DNA of 64,000 nt from NCBI GenBank assembly GCA_013239625.1, contig MU054001.1, forward strand, positions 2,858,151 through 2,922,150, written 5' to 3'. The notes beneath the pieces were generated by a model. That model made no database searches. It had not been told where the DNA came from and saw only the letters and a list, made by a program, of their open reading frames with translations. The position numbers and the translations under genes are program-made. This DNA comes from Lama guanicoe (lineage: Eukaryota). Each line of letters starts with the position of its first letter. Within the stretch, counting starts at the first letter, position 1. Below are positions 34,616 to 47,255 of this stretch, one piece after another.

Positions 34616-34814
34616 CTGAAGAAGACACTGATGGTGATGGTGACGGAGATGGTGCAGAATTAGTGGGAGGTGGGTTTGTCTGCCTGCAAGACAGGATGTG
34701 AAAAGCTTTGAACAACATTCTTAGATTTCCCTGGATGTTAACAAAGTGATTGGGTTCTCAGAGTGACTCATACCTGGGATGCTGAAATGTCTTTTTTCCC
34801 CAAACTGTGTTTGC

Positions 34815-34860
34815 CTTTTCTTTCTTTTTCTTTCTTTCTTTTTTTTTTTTTTTTTTTTTG
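34815..34860. repeat. (TTTC)n/poly-T tract
   Basis: ttttctttctttttctttctttcttttttttt..., followed by a short L2 tail (34865-34927). Confidence 0.85.
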
Positions 34861-36455
34861 GACATGCCAAGAATAGTGCCTGGCGTCTGGTCGACACTCA
34901 ATAAATATTTGTTATATGTATGAATGACTCTTCTACTCCTGAAAGTGTATCCTTAGCTTTTTGTATTTAGCTTGAGACACATTTGCCAGATTCATTGCAA
35001 CTGAGTTCCTTTTCCTTACGCTTAAAATAAGAGTAATAGAGGACTATTTTCCTCTTAATAAAATAGACACAGTTTGTTTGAGCATGTCAACACCTGGTCC
35101 TATAAATACCAGTCTCCATCTCTACCGCACCACACATTTGGGGATCCACTGGAATCACCCTTCGATGAAGCTGTCACTGAAAAAGCACTCAATTGGAGCA
35201 CAAGGGCCTTCTTATGCTTTCCTTCCCGAGCTGGATCCTCCTGTAACATCAATTTGTTTTCTACAAAGACACCCAGAAAGGTGGCAGCAAGCCATTCTCT
35301 GGGCAGGGGCAAGGAAGCCAGGAAGTGTGATATTTTATTAATTATTACAAAAATAAACTGTGGGGCTGAGACTCGCTACCACCAAGTGCAAGTGTGAAAA
35401 TCCCACTTCCTGGTGAAGAAAAAGCTCCGTGTTAACTACAAAGATCTTCCCTCAGCAACACGTAAAGCAGGAGGAAAGAATAGAGTACAGACACTATCGG
35501 CATTTTAAACGAATGAAAAGTTTCCCTCTGGAAACTGATGTTGTAAATCCTATTTCCTTCCACTGTAGTAGTATATTCTGCAGTCTTGTGCATTTTCCTT
35601 TCAAATATTTTTCCCCCAAAGAATCTAGGAAATAGATTGTCCATTGATTCATGTCTTGCAATATGTTAGCAATTAATAACATTCTCATTTCATAATTTTT
35701 CGCTCTTTTGAATGCGTTCCAGATGTTCACCTTGCACATGTGAATTTTAAATGCTCTCTGTTTCAGTCATCTTGTGTCCCAGGAACTTTAAACAAGTCTG
35801 TGGCCTTCTTTTCAGAGCCCTAAAGAGAATGTGAGGTGAGTTGAGGGGAATGTGAAAGTTGAGGGGAGAGAGGGCACATGCCTGTGATAGAACACGGGCA
35901 GATGGCTATGAAAATAGATGCCTAATTTTGACTTCCTGGCATTGTGTGGCTACCTATCTTTGTATATTTTTAAGAAATTGATTTTGTTTTTATTTTTAAT
36001 AAATTATATTTTAAACATTGGTTGACAAAATAGGTTTATTACAGAGTAATATTAGGATAAATAAAATTTGGCTTTAATGTGTGGTTCAGGCTGTTGTTTT
36101 GGAAAAAATGGCAACTGATGAAATTCTCAAGTCAGGCTGCCCTCAGTATGGCCTCAGGTTGCATCATGGCCTTTAATACAAGGTGGTGTGAAAACTGGTC
36201 AAAAGAGGAGATGATCAGAATAAAACGCTCTTCTTCAACAAATAGGACATATTGCCGACTGCATGCCTGTTAGGTCAAAACCAGGGTGGAATTTTTGATC
36301 AGGAGGTGATCTTAGGTTCCTGTGACTTGATCCATGAGAGTTAGTTTCTTTTTGAGCAAAGTCTACATTATTGTTCCTGAGTTTCTGGTCCATTTGTGAG
36401 GAGTAACTTGGATGCTTAAGATGAGCCAAACTTTGAGTACCCTGCATCAATTTGC

Positions 36456-36926
36456 TGTATTAATTAGGTCAGACTTTGCTACTGTAACAAAGAGACCCGA
36501 CAAGCAAGAGGCATAAAGAACAAAGAAGTTTATTTCTCCCTCATGTACCAGGTCCCATGTGAGCAGTCTGGTTTGGTAGGACAGCCCTGCTCCACACATT
36601 CACACATGGACCCGGGTTCCTGCCAAATCACTGTTTCTTTACACCTGAGGCATTATCATCTCATGGCTGAAGCTGGGTTACTACCATATTCTGGGTCCAG
36701 CCAGTAGGAAGAAGAAAGTGTAGAGGAAGCATATCTGATGTCTCAAGAACCAGACACATGACTTCCTCTCACATTCTACAGGTGAGCACTTTGTCACCTG
36801 GCCCATCAACTGTAAGGGGATCTGGAAAATGTGGTCTGGCTGAGCAGATGGGAGCCTTGTTGCAATTCTAATCCTATGGAGAGAGGAGAAGAGAGATTGG
36901 GTGGACTTCAAGTAGTCTCCATGACA
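36456..36926 (-). mobile_element. MLT1J-like solo LTR
   Basis: tgtattaattagg...ctgtaacaaa...aagaagtttatttctccctcatgt...cacatgacttcctctcacattc...ctggaaaatgtggtct...agtagtctccatgaca. Confidence 0.75.
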
Positions 36927-37494
36927 ACCAGACCCCTACCCTGCCCCTACCACACACAGAACTTCTGGCCTGTGTACCCATGGTCCAACCCTCACCCCAG
37001 TGCACAGGGTTGTAGAAATTTTCCAAGCACTGGGACTCAATTTGGGAGCCTTTTTTCTCCTCAGTTGGACTCTCTCCTCTCCCACTCTCCATAGGAATAT
37101 AATCTCAAGGTTTTAACATCAACTTTCTTTACCTTTCCCAGGCCTGCAGGGCACAAAGCAACCAACAAACACCATACCAGCTCTACCGTGTCCATTTACC
37201 TTCTTCCTGCCAATTCAACCCTAAGTTTCTCTTTTCTAGCCCTTTCTATTACACAAAACTGGAGATTGCCCTGAAGTAAACAAATTAAATAAACCTAGGA
37301 AAAATAACTGCTGGCTAAGTAGAGGTCCTGTGTCTTTTGTTTCCCCCCCTGTATTACCTTTAGAAGTGATGCTTATTCTTTGGTCCTTGTGGTTTAATTT
37401 GCAGGATGAGTATGGACGTGTGTGTGAAAGTATCTATTGCTCTTCTTCACCATGTCAGCTCCTAAAATCAATATGAGTGTGCTCCTCTGTGCAA

Positions 37495-37975
37495 GCCAAT
37501 GCAGTGTAAAGATTATGGACTTTGGAGTTAGACTGGTCTGGGTTTGAGCTTCATTTGCTGGCTGTAGTTACATCCCTTCTTCAGTTCAGTTCAGCCACAG
37601 TTTACCCATGCTTCCTTTGAGGATAATACAATTTCTCTCATGTGGTTGTTGTGGGGCATTGAAGGAATTAATAAGGGTGAGGTGTCTGGCATATCATAGG
37701 GGCCCAGTAGAAGCAGCTCAGAGTCCTGTACAAGCAGTGGGATCTGTAACCTGAATTCCTCAGTCTCCTTTGCGGTTGACTTGTTCTTCTCACTTAGATG
37801 AGCCATTTAATCTCTCTAGGCCCCAGTCTTCTCACCTATAAATCAAGAATGATACTGGCCTTACTTATGAAACGATGCTGGTGAAAGGAACAAGTAAGAC
37901 AATGGATGTGAAAGCACTTAAGGGGATAAAAAGCAAAAGACCCTGAAAATCACTGTATAAATGTAAATCATTATT
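37495..37975 (+). mobile_element. Two tandem MIR SINE fragments
   Basis: tggactttggagttagactggtctgggtttga... (37495-37710) and tttaatctctctaggccccagtcttctcacctataaa...atgtgaaagcactt (37790-37975). Confidence 0.7.
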
Positions 37976-39129
37976 TCTTATCAATGTCCCAAAATTGAGA
38001 TGCTGACTACATTGGTTTCAGACTGAGGGATGGTATTCCTCCAAATACACAGCTAGATCCAGTGTGTCCTATAGAATTCACAGAATATGAAAGATCCTCC
38101 AGGCAGCTATTACTGTATCAGTTTCATCCCAAGCCTTGCCACCTGAAGAAGTAAGTAAAAACAATTTGTTCTATAGTTGGGGCCAGCCTGGTCTAATATT
38201 TTCAGCTTTTAATCTTTCCCAGTGGAAACACCCTCCATTAAATGGACATGCTGGAGAGAGTTGAGGGAAATTAACAGAATGTTGACAGTAGCTCAACACA
38301 GTTAAAAAATATTGCAAACATGTCCTCTGGTACCCTGTTGTGACATGATCTTATAGTCAATGGGGAGTATTATGGGCAAGATTTTGGCTACTCCTCACTA
38401 TGATGTGGTTTTTGCTGTTGCTGTAGTTGGTTTTATATCCTAAGGTTGGCCTTGGCAACTGAATATGGACAAATCAGCTTCTATATATTTTTTTAAATGG
38501 GTGATAGTTGTTTGGGTTTGGTTTGGGATTATGGAAGTGTTAATTACAGAAAATTTGGAAAATGTAGAAAGTTACAAATAAGAGATTTTAAAAAATACCC
38601 CTAACTCTTAATAAATGAGTTTATTTCTTTGAAAATCTGTGGATTTTATAATGAAGGATGCGAGATGAAATGGCAGAAGTAGGGAGGAAAGGCTTTAAGG
38701 GTTTGAGGCTAGAGAAGTATTTTTGGATTCTCAGTTTGTGGGGACAGGGCTGGGGGGGGTTGGTATTTGCATGGTTGCTGTGGCCAAAGTAAAGGAAGTA
38801 GAGGGCTAGAAGCAAACCGTGAAGCATGCGCGTGTGTGTTTTGATGGTTCTCTTGTCTTTCATTATCTAACCATCCATAAGCCTCTGGGCAGCCCTGCCC
38901 TTGCACTATACCACAGCCTCAACACTGAGGCAGAGTTCTAGAACTAACCCATCGTATTCAGTTATGAGCATGAACTAATTCCCAGATGCATTCTGCAGGT
39001 CTCCTTTCAGTAGGTTTTCCATCCTCCTACTGCTGTGCCCATTCTCACATTCTTCTCCTCCTTCCCTCAACTTGTCCTCCTGATTTGAGCACTCTTGTTA
39101 GCAGGACTGATGGTGTGCATCGCCCAGCG

Positions 39130-39445
39130 TACTCTAAGACCCAAAATCTCAGTGGTCTAACAAAACAAAGTCTAATTTTTTCTATCAGTACAAGTCCACC
39201 ACAGGTTTGTAGGAGGACTCTGCTCATCTCTAGTGACTCCGGTACTCAGGTCGACAGAGGTTCCAGATGCTTCCATGATAGTCAAAGTAAGACTCGTGCT
39301 CTGACTCTAAGCTTCCTCTTGACATGACAAGTATATCTTCAGCTTACATTTTATTAGCCAAAGGAATTTGTATGGTCACCTCTAATTTAATGTGCCTAAG
39401 AGACAAGAATTAGGATGTTTGTAGAAAGTCATAATGGCAGCCTCA
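39130..39445 (-). mobile_element. Old MLT1 (I/J-type) LTR fragment
   Basis: cccaaaatctcagtggtctaacaaaacaaag...ctcaggtcgacagagg...cttcagcttacattttattagccaaag. Confidence 0.6.
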
Positions 39446-39819
39446 CTGGGCAATGTGAATACTGCACGCCCTGCAGGGAGTTTCTGCCACACTCAGCCAA
39501 GCCTCCTCTAGGTATGGGCAGCAGGTGTACCTCGTAGGAGTTCTGCTTCTGTGAGTCCTAAATCCTTGTCAGTATGATTGTCACACTGGAAGGTAATAGA
39601 GAACAGGGCCTCTAGTTCTACAGGGTCTGCTCATTTTTCTTTATTAAGCCTTCAACTCAGATCTGCCGAGGGCAATAAGCAGTGTCCTGACCAGAATCTA
39701 TTACTTTTTGATAGAATTACCTTGGAATAATATTGACCACGGTTGTTCGTTTTTCTTTCGTATACAAGTTGTTTTGGTGAGTTAAAACAAGCTACTTTTC
39801 TTTCACAGCTTCACATCTG

Positions 39820-40400
39820 GGGCATCATACATTCTTTCCAACATGTGCATATTAAGCACTCCCTATGTGGCAGGCGCTGTGCTCCGCACTGTGACGCCAT
39901 GATGAGAAAGAAAAGATTACTTGTCCTGAGAGAGCTCTAACTGTGTTAGGAGAGGCACACACTAAGGGAATGATGACAATATGAATGTAAAATTCTAACT
40001 GCAGTAAAATGCCGGGGAGGGAAATTTGACCTGGTCTTGGTGGGGAGTAAATGTTAATTAGGTCGAGTGGTGTGAGTAGGAAGCGTACTGTAGGCAGAAG
40101 GCATGGCATGGGTGAAGGCTTGGCAGCAGGAAGGAAGGAGGCATTCTGGAGTCTGCAAGAAGACCTGGTTGGGCAAATAGAGAGCCGTGCAGTTGGCATA
40201 CAGGATTTGGTAGGCCTGGTTAAGGATGACTGTCTTTACCTGAAGACCAAGAAAACTAGATTTGCATTTCAAAGCCAGTGCTCTGGGAGTGGTGCAGAAA
40301 ATGGAGAGCCACAAGGATGCACGCTGAGGGCAATAAAAGGACAATCACATTGTAAAACAGGAGCTTAGACTAGGATGTGGTGGCAGAGCAGAAAAACAGT
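39820..40400 (-). mobile_element. L2 3' fragment
   Basis: cattctttccaacatgtgcatattaagcactccctatgtggcaggcgctgtgct...caggatttggtaggcctggttaagga...gatttgcatttcaaa. Confidence 0.75.
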
Positions 40401-42044
40401 CACGGACAATGGGGTTAGGAGAGGTACTCAGAAACCTTGCTCTACATGCAATAAGAAAACTAAGAACATAATATAGAGAACATCTTTGTCCCAGCCCCTG
40501 TAGCACAGGAAGAAGGCTGCCGTGTTGAATGTACTAATGGACAGTTTTCACATTGATTCCCATTTCAGGGGTAGAAACACGTGGGGTAGCCATGGGTACA
40601 AAAGTATCAAGTATCCGGCTATGAAGGAAGATTGCTTCTTCCTCTTGTCCAAACACTCCTGGATGTATCAATAAGAGAACTGAGTAAATGTCACACTTTG
40701 GCCCTCTAAATATTTCTCCAATTATAGAGAACTTATTTTGCTGCTTATGTAGCTCCTGAAAAATGGTTTCTGAGTAGAGACACAGGAGCCTCCTGACCAT
40801 TGGACAGCATTTCACAGCCCCACCACCATTGTCGTTTGACTGTTTTACCTGACTTCATGGAGAAGCTGTAATTGCTCTTTATGATACAGAACTAAGTCTA
40901 AAAATTGAGCTCTGGGAATAGATCTCTGGCCCATACTCTTAAAGTAGACCATATGCTTAAAATAAAAATTTTTGCATGATTTATGAGATAAGGTCACAAG
41001 ATGTAGTCAGTTGTGACCGGATGTTAACTCTTCACTGATCCCCTCCCTAAAAGCAAAAAAAAAAAAAGTGCTTCCAAGTGAGTCTAGCCCTGTGTATATT
41101 TTCTTTACTTCCATAGTTCATTATGCACACTGCAGTAATTTGTTGACAGTACAAGGCAAATCCATGATAAAACCAGAGAACTTCTCCAAAGTAAATATTT
41201 GGTGCTACAAAATAGGGGCTTTTTGCACATTAATCCAATAATAAAATGTAGTCTGCAGGAGGAACACGGAGCATTTGCTAATTTCCTAAATTGCTGTAGG
41301 TCACAGAAGCTTCTAATTGATTTGAAAACTACTTTTTTTTATGGAGAAGTAATATTCCCAGTCAGGAGGTCCAGCTCCTTAATACTGTGGGCAGCAGAGG
41401 AGGCCCCCAGATGCTGTGCACCAGTGGGGTGAGGGGAGGAGATGGGAAATCAGCCTGCTCCAATCACATCCTGCTTCCGAAGGCAATCTAGGAGGCACAG
41501 CTATGAGAATGCCTGTGAATAAGCTATGAGAAGATAAAACTTTGTCCAGTGTGGGAGTCTGGAGCAAGCAAGAGGATGTTCCACTTCCACTAAGTGCTTA
41601 CTGTCCCCATACATGCATACTTTACAGCATTTCTAGACCTCAGTTTTGCCCTGGAAACAGCTCAGGGGGCAAAAAGTATTCAAAAGTGAGAGATGGGCGG
41701 CTGTGTGCACTTAGCATCAAGAAGGGAAGATGTGCAGATACACTAATCATTGCATGTGGGTGCAGAGCTCCCCTTGGAGAGCATTAGGATGGGGAAGCTC
41801 ATATGCATAAGAGGCCTGCTCTGTTGTGGCGACCCAGAGGAGGTGACGGACTCAGGAGGCTAGGGGAATTTAAGGAAAGCTTCTCAGAAAGGGCAACACT
41901 TTGAGTTTGCAAGCTGGGGTAGGAATTTACTAAGAGAAGATTTTTATTCATAAAACAGTGAACTTGATCAATAAGCCATGTAAGCAAGCTTACGGCTACA
42001 ACTCTGTCATAGATTGATGGGTGCAAGGAGATAGGATTAAAAAT

Positions 42045-42260
42045 AGATATTATTTGCTAAATGCTTACCATGTGCTAGGCACTATGCCAAATGCTTCCTA
42101 CACATTGTTTCAATTAGATAGTGTTAGCCCCTGGTGTTGATGCAAAAACTGAGGTCTAGAGAGGTTAAACAATTCTCCCAATCAACACGGCTTGGTAGAA
42201 AATTTGAACTCAAGCTCCCTATATGTAGAGTTTTATGCTTTAACGCAAATATCATCCTGC
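42045..42260 (-). mobile_element. MIR SINE
   Basis: atgcttaccatgtgctaggcactatgccaaatgctt...aaactgaggtctagagaggttaa. Confidence 0.8.
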
Positions 42261-43719
42261 CACTCAAGCTGATCGCCAAAGCATCTTGAGGCTGGAGATA
42301 AAGGAAGTTTCATGGGTTTTTGAACTGAAAAAGATTTTTAAAAACTAAGTATCATTAAAACAAAATTAACACTGGCTACTGGGAAGTCTATGACCCTTGG
42401 TGACTGCCGCCACAAAGCTGCCATGTTGACGTAACAGTTCTGTGACTCTATGGCGGGTTCTATAACCCTTGGCTTAGCAGTGGCGGTCTGAACACTGCTG
42501 ACTGAGGAAGGATGGTTCCAAGGGGCTGATTTAAAATGAGTTGAAGGTGTATTTAGGTCAGATCTCACTCTTGTTAATGGCATGTATTTTCTTACATCTT
42601 GTGACTCCTTGCTTCGTTCTGCATAGCACCAACTCAGTAGACACCTCAGTGGGGGGAAATCCATTAACCTGCCTGACTAGCATCATGTTGAGACAGGCAA
42701 AATAGACCCTGGCTTTCTCAGTAGTTCTAGAAGATTCACAGAGCCCAGATTTAAAATGTAGACAAATGAAACTCAGTCCATGTAGCTCTAATGGGAACAC
42801 TGAGTCACCCTTCTTTCTAATTTCGAGGCTCTCTTTTCAGTGAAGTTTTAGTGAGGTTTTTTAGTGAAATCTCTCACCAGGAATGCCAGACCCCCTTTGT
42901 ATCAGGAGAAAATTGTCTGCAAGAAAAATTGAGGTTTGACAATAGAAGGCCAGATGCCACACTTTGTAAATAATAAAAAAAAAGAAAAACATGCAATGCA
43001 GCCAGCTGCATCATATAAACTCAGGTTTTTATACCACACTGTTGTGTTCTGTGTATCCTCATTTGCTTCCAACATCTGTTCATCCCTGTCCATTCCTCCC
43101 ATATATTAGTTATAATTACATACACAGGAACTTGTTTATGAAGCTGAGAAACTGACCCAACAGCACTGCTTTGGTGGTTCTCTCGCATGCTTTGATAAAG
43201 ACACTGATGATTCTTTTTAGGAATTAAGCTTAGGCTGATTTACTCTGGAGTGCAAGGCCAAACCCAGATTTGTTTGTCATCTTCCTGAAGTGGAGAAGTG
43301 CTTCTTTAATTTCTCTCATTCTTCGTTTCCCAAAACAGCCTGCTGTCTCCTGGACTCTCTACCTTTGCCCAGTTCATTCCTTTTACATCTTCTATCAAAC
43401 TGTTGTTCAGTTCCAATCTCTTCCTAGCTCCCCAAGTAAAAGAAATCTTTTTTTCCTCCAAATTTCCATTGTTCTTCATATCTGTCATGCCTATTAAGTA
43501 CATAGCTATTTTTTTTCTTGAATTATATTTATTTTGTTTTAAGTCATTAGTTATTGGTGAATTCCAAAAAGTAAAAAACTGTGAATCATATGTCTCCTGT
43601 GATAGCTAACACAGATTTCTATGAATAATACATGTTTAAAAATAGTCTTTGAATAAATTAGAAAAGGGGATGTGATCTAGTAACGAACAGATTTTTCAAA
43701 AAATAAAAATTGAAAGAAC

Positions 43720-44003
43720 TTGTCAACTATCAGTTTATGCTTAGATGTAGTCTGGAGATAAATTTGTAGGCCCAGGTTGAGAAAAAATTTTAAAGTCGAC
43801 AACATTTAAAAGTAAGAAAATTAAACACAAATCTCTACATTTCTGGCTTCAACTGGTAAGTCCAAAGATGGAAAATGTCCAGCATTTCCCTGTTTACATG
43901 GGGTATGTATGTGGTTTGCACTTTGACAGATCTTACCTGGCACATTTCCGCCATTTATTTTACCTGCCTGATCTCTATAGAAATTTGAATTTATAATACT
44001 TGC
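43720..44003 (-). mobile_element. MER102-like hAT-Charlie element
   Basis: caacatttaaaa...atttctggcttc...ttacctgcctgatctctatagaaatttgaattt. Confidence 0.55.
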
Positions 44004-45551
44004 AATAAGATTACAGGTTTTTATGATGTATGATTATTGTTATAACAAACTTCCCTTGAGACTAGTTTGTATCACACCAAAGGACCCACTGAGAATAATT
44101 AGAAAAGCTGGATAAATGTTTTAGAAATCCATCTGAAAGCATTGGAAGTGTTAATGAGGCAACCAGGATTTAAAGAACTGTGGTCTTGGAGAAACAGGAA
44201 ATGCATTGAGTTAAATCTGAAAATCTTTAGCAGTTTTCTACTTGAGGCATTTGCTAATTCATAAGCAGCAAGAGGGAAGAGAATATAAACTAAGTAGAAA
44301 ACTGCAGCTACAAGGAGAATTTGAGCAAAAAATTTTGCTCAGGAAGATACGAATTGGGATTTAGAACCTGCAAGGTAGCCAGGCTATGAGAGGCCACAGT
44401 CTTAGAGTAGAAACTGTAGAGAAATCAATTTCGTATTCCACGTGGCTTTTTCAGTTGAGGCATTTGACAGTTTGTAATCAGCCCAGAGGCTAAGAGGCTG
44501 GGTAGAAGTTTTGACAGTCTTCTGGTGCCAGGGAGGCAAAATTAGAATTTGGAGCCTTCCAGGGAGAGAAGGACTTTTGGCAAACATCCCTGGCTTTCAG
44601 TTGGTACCCCTGAAATGGCCACATCCTGGTGGTAAGGGCAATTCCGAAGTGTCTCAGTTTCAAATGTGCTTCATTCTAGACTGCACTAAGGTGATACGCC
44701 CCTACTCCAACTGCCTGATAAAGCAAAGTAGAACCTCTTTGGATGTAGATGACATCACCCAGAGCCTCTACTGATTTCATACACAATTATGTGTCAATTT
44801 CTAAAATATCACCAGGCTACAAGGACACAGTACTACATAAGAAAATTCAAAAGAAAAAAAAGCTGACAATAACACAGATTCATAGATAATCCAGATATTG
44901 ATGAGTTAAGACACGGACTTTAAAATTATTGTGCTTAATACATTTGATAAAGTAGACAACATGATGAAGAATATCATCACAGAATTGGAATCTATAAAAA
45001 AATCAAATGGAAATTCTGTTACTGAAAAATAATTGATATTAAAGAAGTAATAGGTTGAATGGCAGATAAAACACACTGAAAAGAGAATTAGTGAAATGGA
45101 AGGCAAGTCAGTAGAAAATATTCAGACTGAAGCATGTAGAGCAATAAAAATGGGTAACACATACAAAATCTAACGTATATATGTAACCTGAACTTTAGTG
45201 ACTAGGAGAGAAAGAATGGAACAAAAGCAGTATTTGAAAAGATAATGATCAAAGATTTTCCCAAGCTGAAGAAAACATCATGCTATAGATTATTTAAACT
45301 CTATAAACCCAAACAGAATCAGTATAAAATTAAAAATAAATAAAAACAAAGAATACATGCCTAGGCTCACAGTAGCAAAGCTGCTGAAAGCTCACAACAA
45401 AGAGAAATGTAAAAGCTGCTGACTGGCAAGGGAACAGAATTCTAACCTACAAAGAAACAACAGCAAGACCGACAGCAAACTTTCAGCAAAAAAGATGGAA
45501 GTCAGAACACAAAGGAAGACATTTTCAAAGTGCTAAAAGAAAAAACTGTCA

Positions 45552-45675
45552 GGGGGTGGGAGTAGCACTGCAGTAGAGTGCATGCTTAGCAGCATGCATG
45601 AGGTCCTGGGTTCAGTCCCACAGTACCTCCATTAAAACAAAAAATGTGTTGAGTATCTCAAGTAATAAAAAAAAG
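45552..45675 (+). mobile_element. Camelid tRNA-derived SINE (Vic-1-like)
   Basis: gggggtgggagtagcactgcagtagagtgcatgcttagc...gaggtcctgggttcagtcccacagtacctccattaaaa; interrupts the L1. Confidence 0.8.
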
Positions 45676-46090
45676 GAAAAATTTGTTAAGTTAGAATTCT
45701 ATATTAAGTGAAAATATCCTCCAAAAAGGAGACTGAAATAAAGACATTTCCATACAAACAAAATCTAAAATAATTAGCCAGCAGCAGACTTGTAATAAAA
45801 GAAAGAGTAAGGTGTTAGTGGTCAAGGAAAGGGTTATATTTTTCAGTCAGATATGAAACATAAAAATGAAAGAAAGCATGAAAAACAAAAGAAAAAACGC
45901 ACAAATATGTGGGTAATTAAATTAATATCAATATTTTATGGGATTAAAAATGTAGGTAGAAATGAAAAGCACAGTGATTATATAAAATTAATGAGACGGA
46001 AGATGCAATTAAAGTTTTCTAAGATCTATGTGTTAAGCAGATTGGTAAAAATACTAACTTATTGTTCTCTATCAACAATCCATATTATTA

Positions 46091-46229
46091 GGGTGGAAGA
46101 GGATATCTCAGTGGTAGGGCACATGCTTAACATGCGTAAAGTCCTGGGTTCAATCCCCAGTATCTCCATTAAAAATAAATAAGTAAATAAATCACCCCCC
46201 AAAAAAAAACAACAAGAACCACAAAAAAG
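46091..46229 (+). mobile_element. Camelid tRNA-derived SINE (Vic-1-like)
   Basis: ctcagtggtagggcacatgcttaacatgcgtaaagtcctgggttcaatccccagtatctccattaaaaataaataag. Degenerate TSD aatccatattatta/aatccatcttataa. Confidence 0.85.
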
Positions 46230-46957
46230 AATCCATCTTATAATATCCAGTTTAACTAATGAACAAACAATGAAATTATATATAATCAACAATTAGTGGA
46301 GTGAAAAATGGAATAGTTCAAACTACTTTATTTATCCAAAAAGAAACAAGAAAGAAGATAAAAAGGAACATAAAACCTGTGGAATAAATAGAAAACAAAA
46401 ACTAAGATGATAGATATAAACACATATGTCAGTAATTACATTAAATTTATTCAGACTAAATGTCCCAGTTAAAAAACAAAGATTGTTAGATTGAAGAAAC
46501 ATTCAAAACATAATTATACACAGCTTGCAAGACAAATCTAAAATGCAAGGTTATAGATAGAGTGAAACAATACACCGTGAAAGATAGACCATTCAAACAC
46601 CAGCCAAAATCTGACATAGACAGACTAATATCAGAAAAGTAGATTTTAAGCAGAGGTGCATAATAAAGGGGGAGACTTCATAATATTAGATAATAAATTA
46701 GGAAGATGGAATAATGCTAAATTTTTATGTATCTAAAACAACCTCTGAATATAAAGCAAATATCAACAGAACTAAAAGGAGAAATAAAAAATAAGCATAG
46801 TTGGAGATATTAAAATACCTTTCTCAATCACTGAGAAACGGACATTAAAACTTATAACATGGGAGACCTGAACTACATGATTCACTTATTTCTCCTAATT
46901 AACATTACAGAACATTGCACACAGACCTGTAGAACAGCAGAAATACATATTCTTTTT

Positions 46958-47035
46958 TTTTTTAATTGAAGTATAGTCAGTTACACTGTGTTGATTTCTG
47001 GTGTGTAGCATAATGTTTCAGTCCTACATATACAT
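46958..47035 (-). mobile_element. Very short 5'-truncated young L1 tail
   Basis: ttttttaattgaagtatagtcagttacac...tttctggtgtgtagcataatgtttcagtc. TSD atacatattcttttt at 46943-46957 and 47036-47050. Confidence 0.8.
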
Positions 47036-47255
47036 ATACATATTCTTTTTAAAGTAGACACTGAATATTTACCAACCCATACTGCATCATAGAGCAAATA
47101 TCAATGAAGTTCAAAGGATTGATACTATCTATAGTATGTTCTTTGACCACAGTGAAATTAACCTAGGTATTATTTTTTCAAGTTATTAGAAAATCCTCAG
47201 ATGCTTGGCTATTAAGCATCACGCTTACAAATAACACATGGATCAAAGAAAATGT

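Larger units (their letters stand above)
44010..47255 (+). mobile_element. Ancient L1M (L1ME/L1M4-like) 5' region, ORF1 and ORF2 endonuclease remnants
   Basis: gaaaagagaattagtgaaatggaaggcaagtcagtagaaaat (ORF1); tagaattctatatt...gaaataaagacatt; gtaattacattaaat...actaaatgtcccagttaaaa (EN start); ttctttgaccacagtgaaatta. All frames are broken. Confidence 0.85.

Noticed and set aside
42840..42870. Short tandem duplications (also 8583-8615, 28623-28645, 33597-33619) as array-like repeats
   Set aside because: Only 2-3 short degenerate units with no spacers; ordinary slippage, not CRISPR-like.
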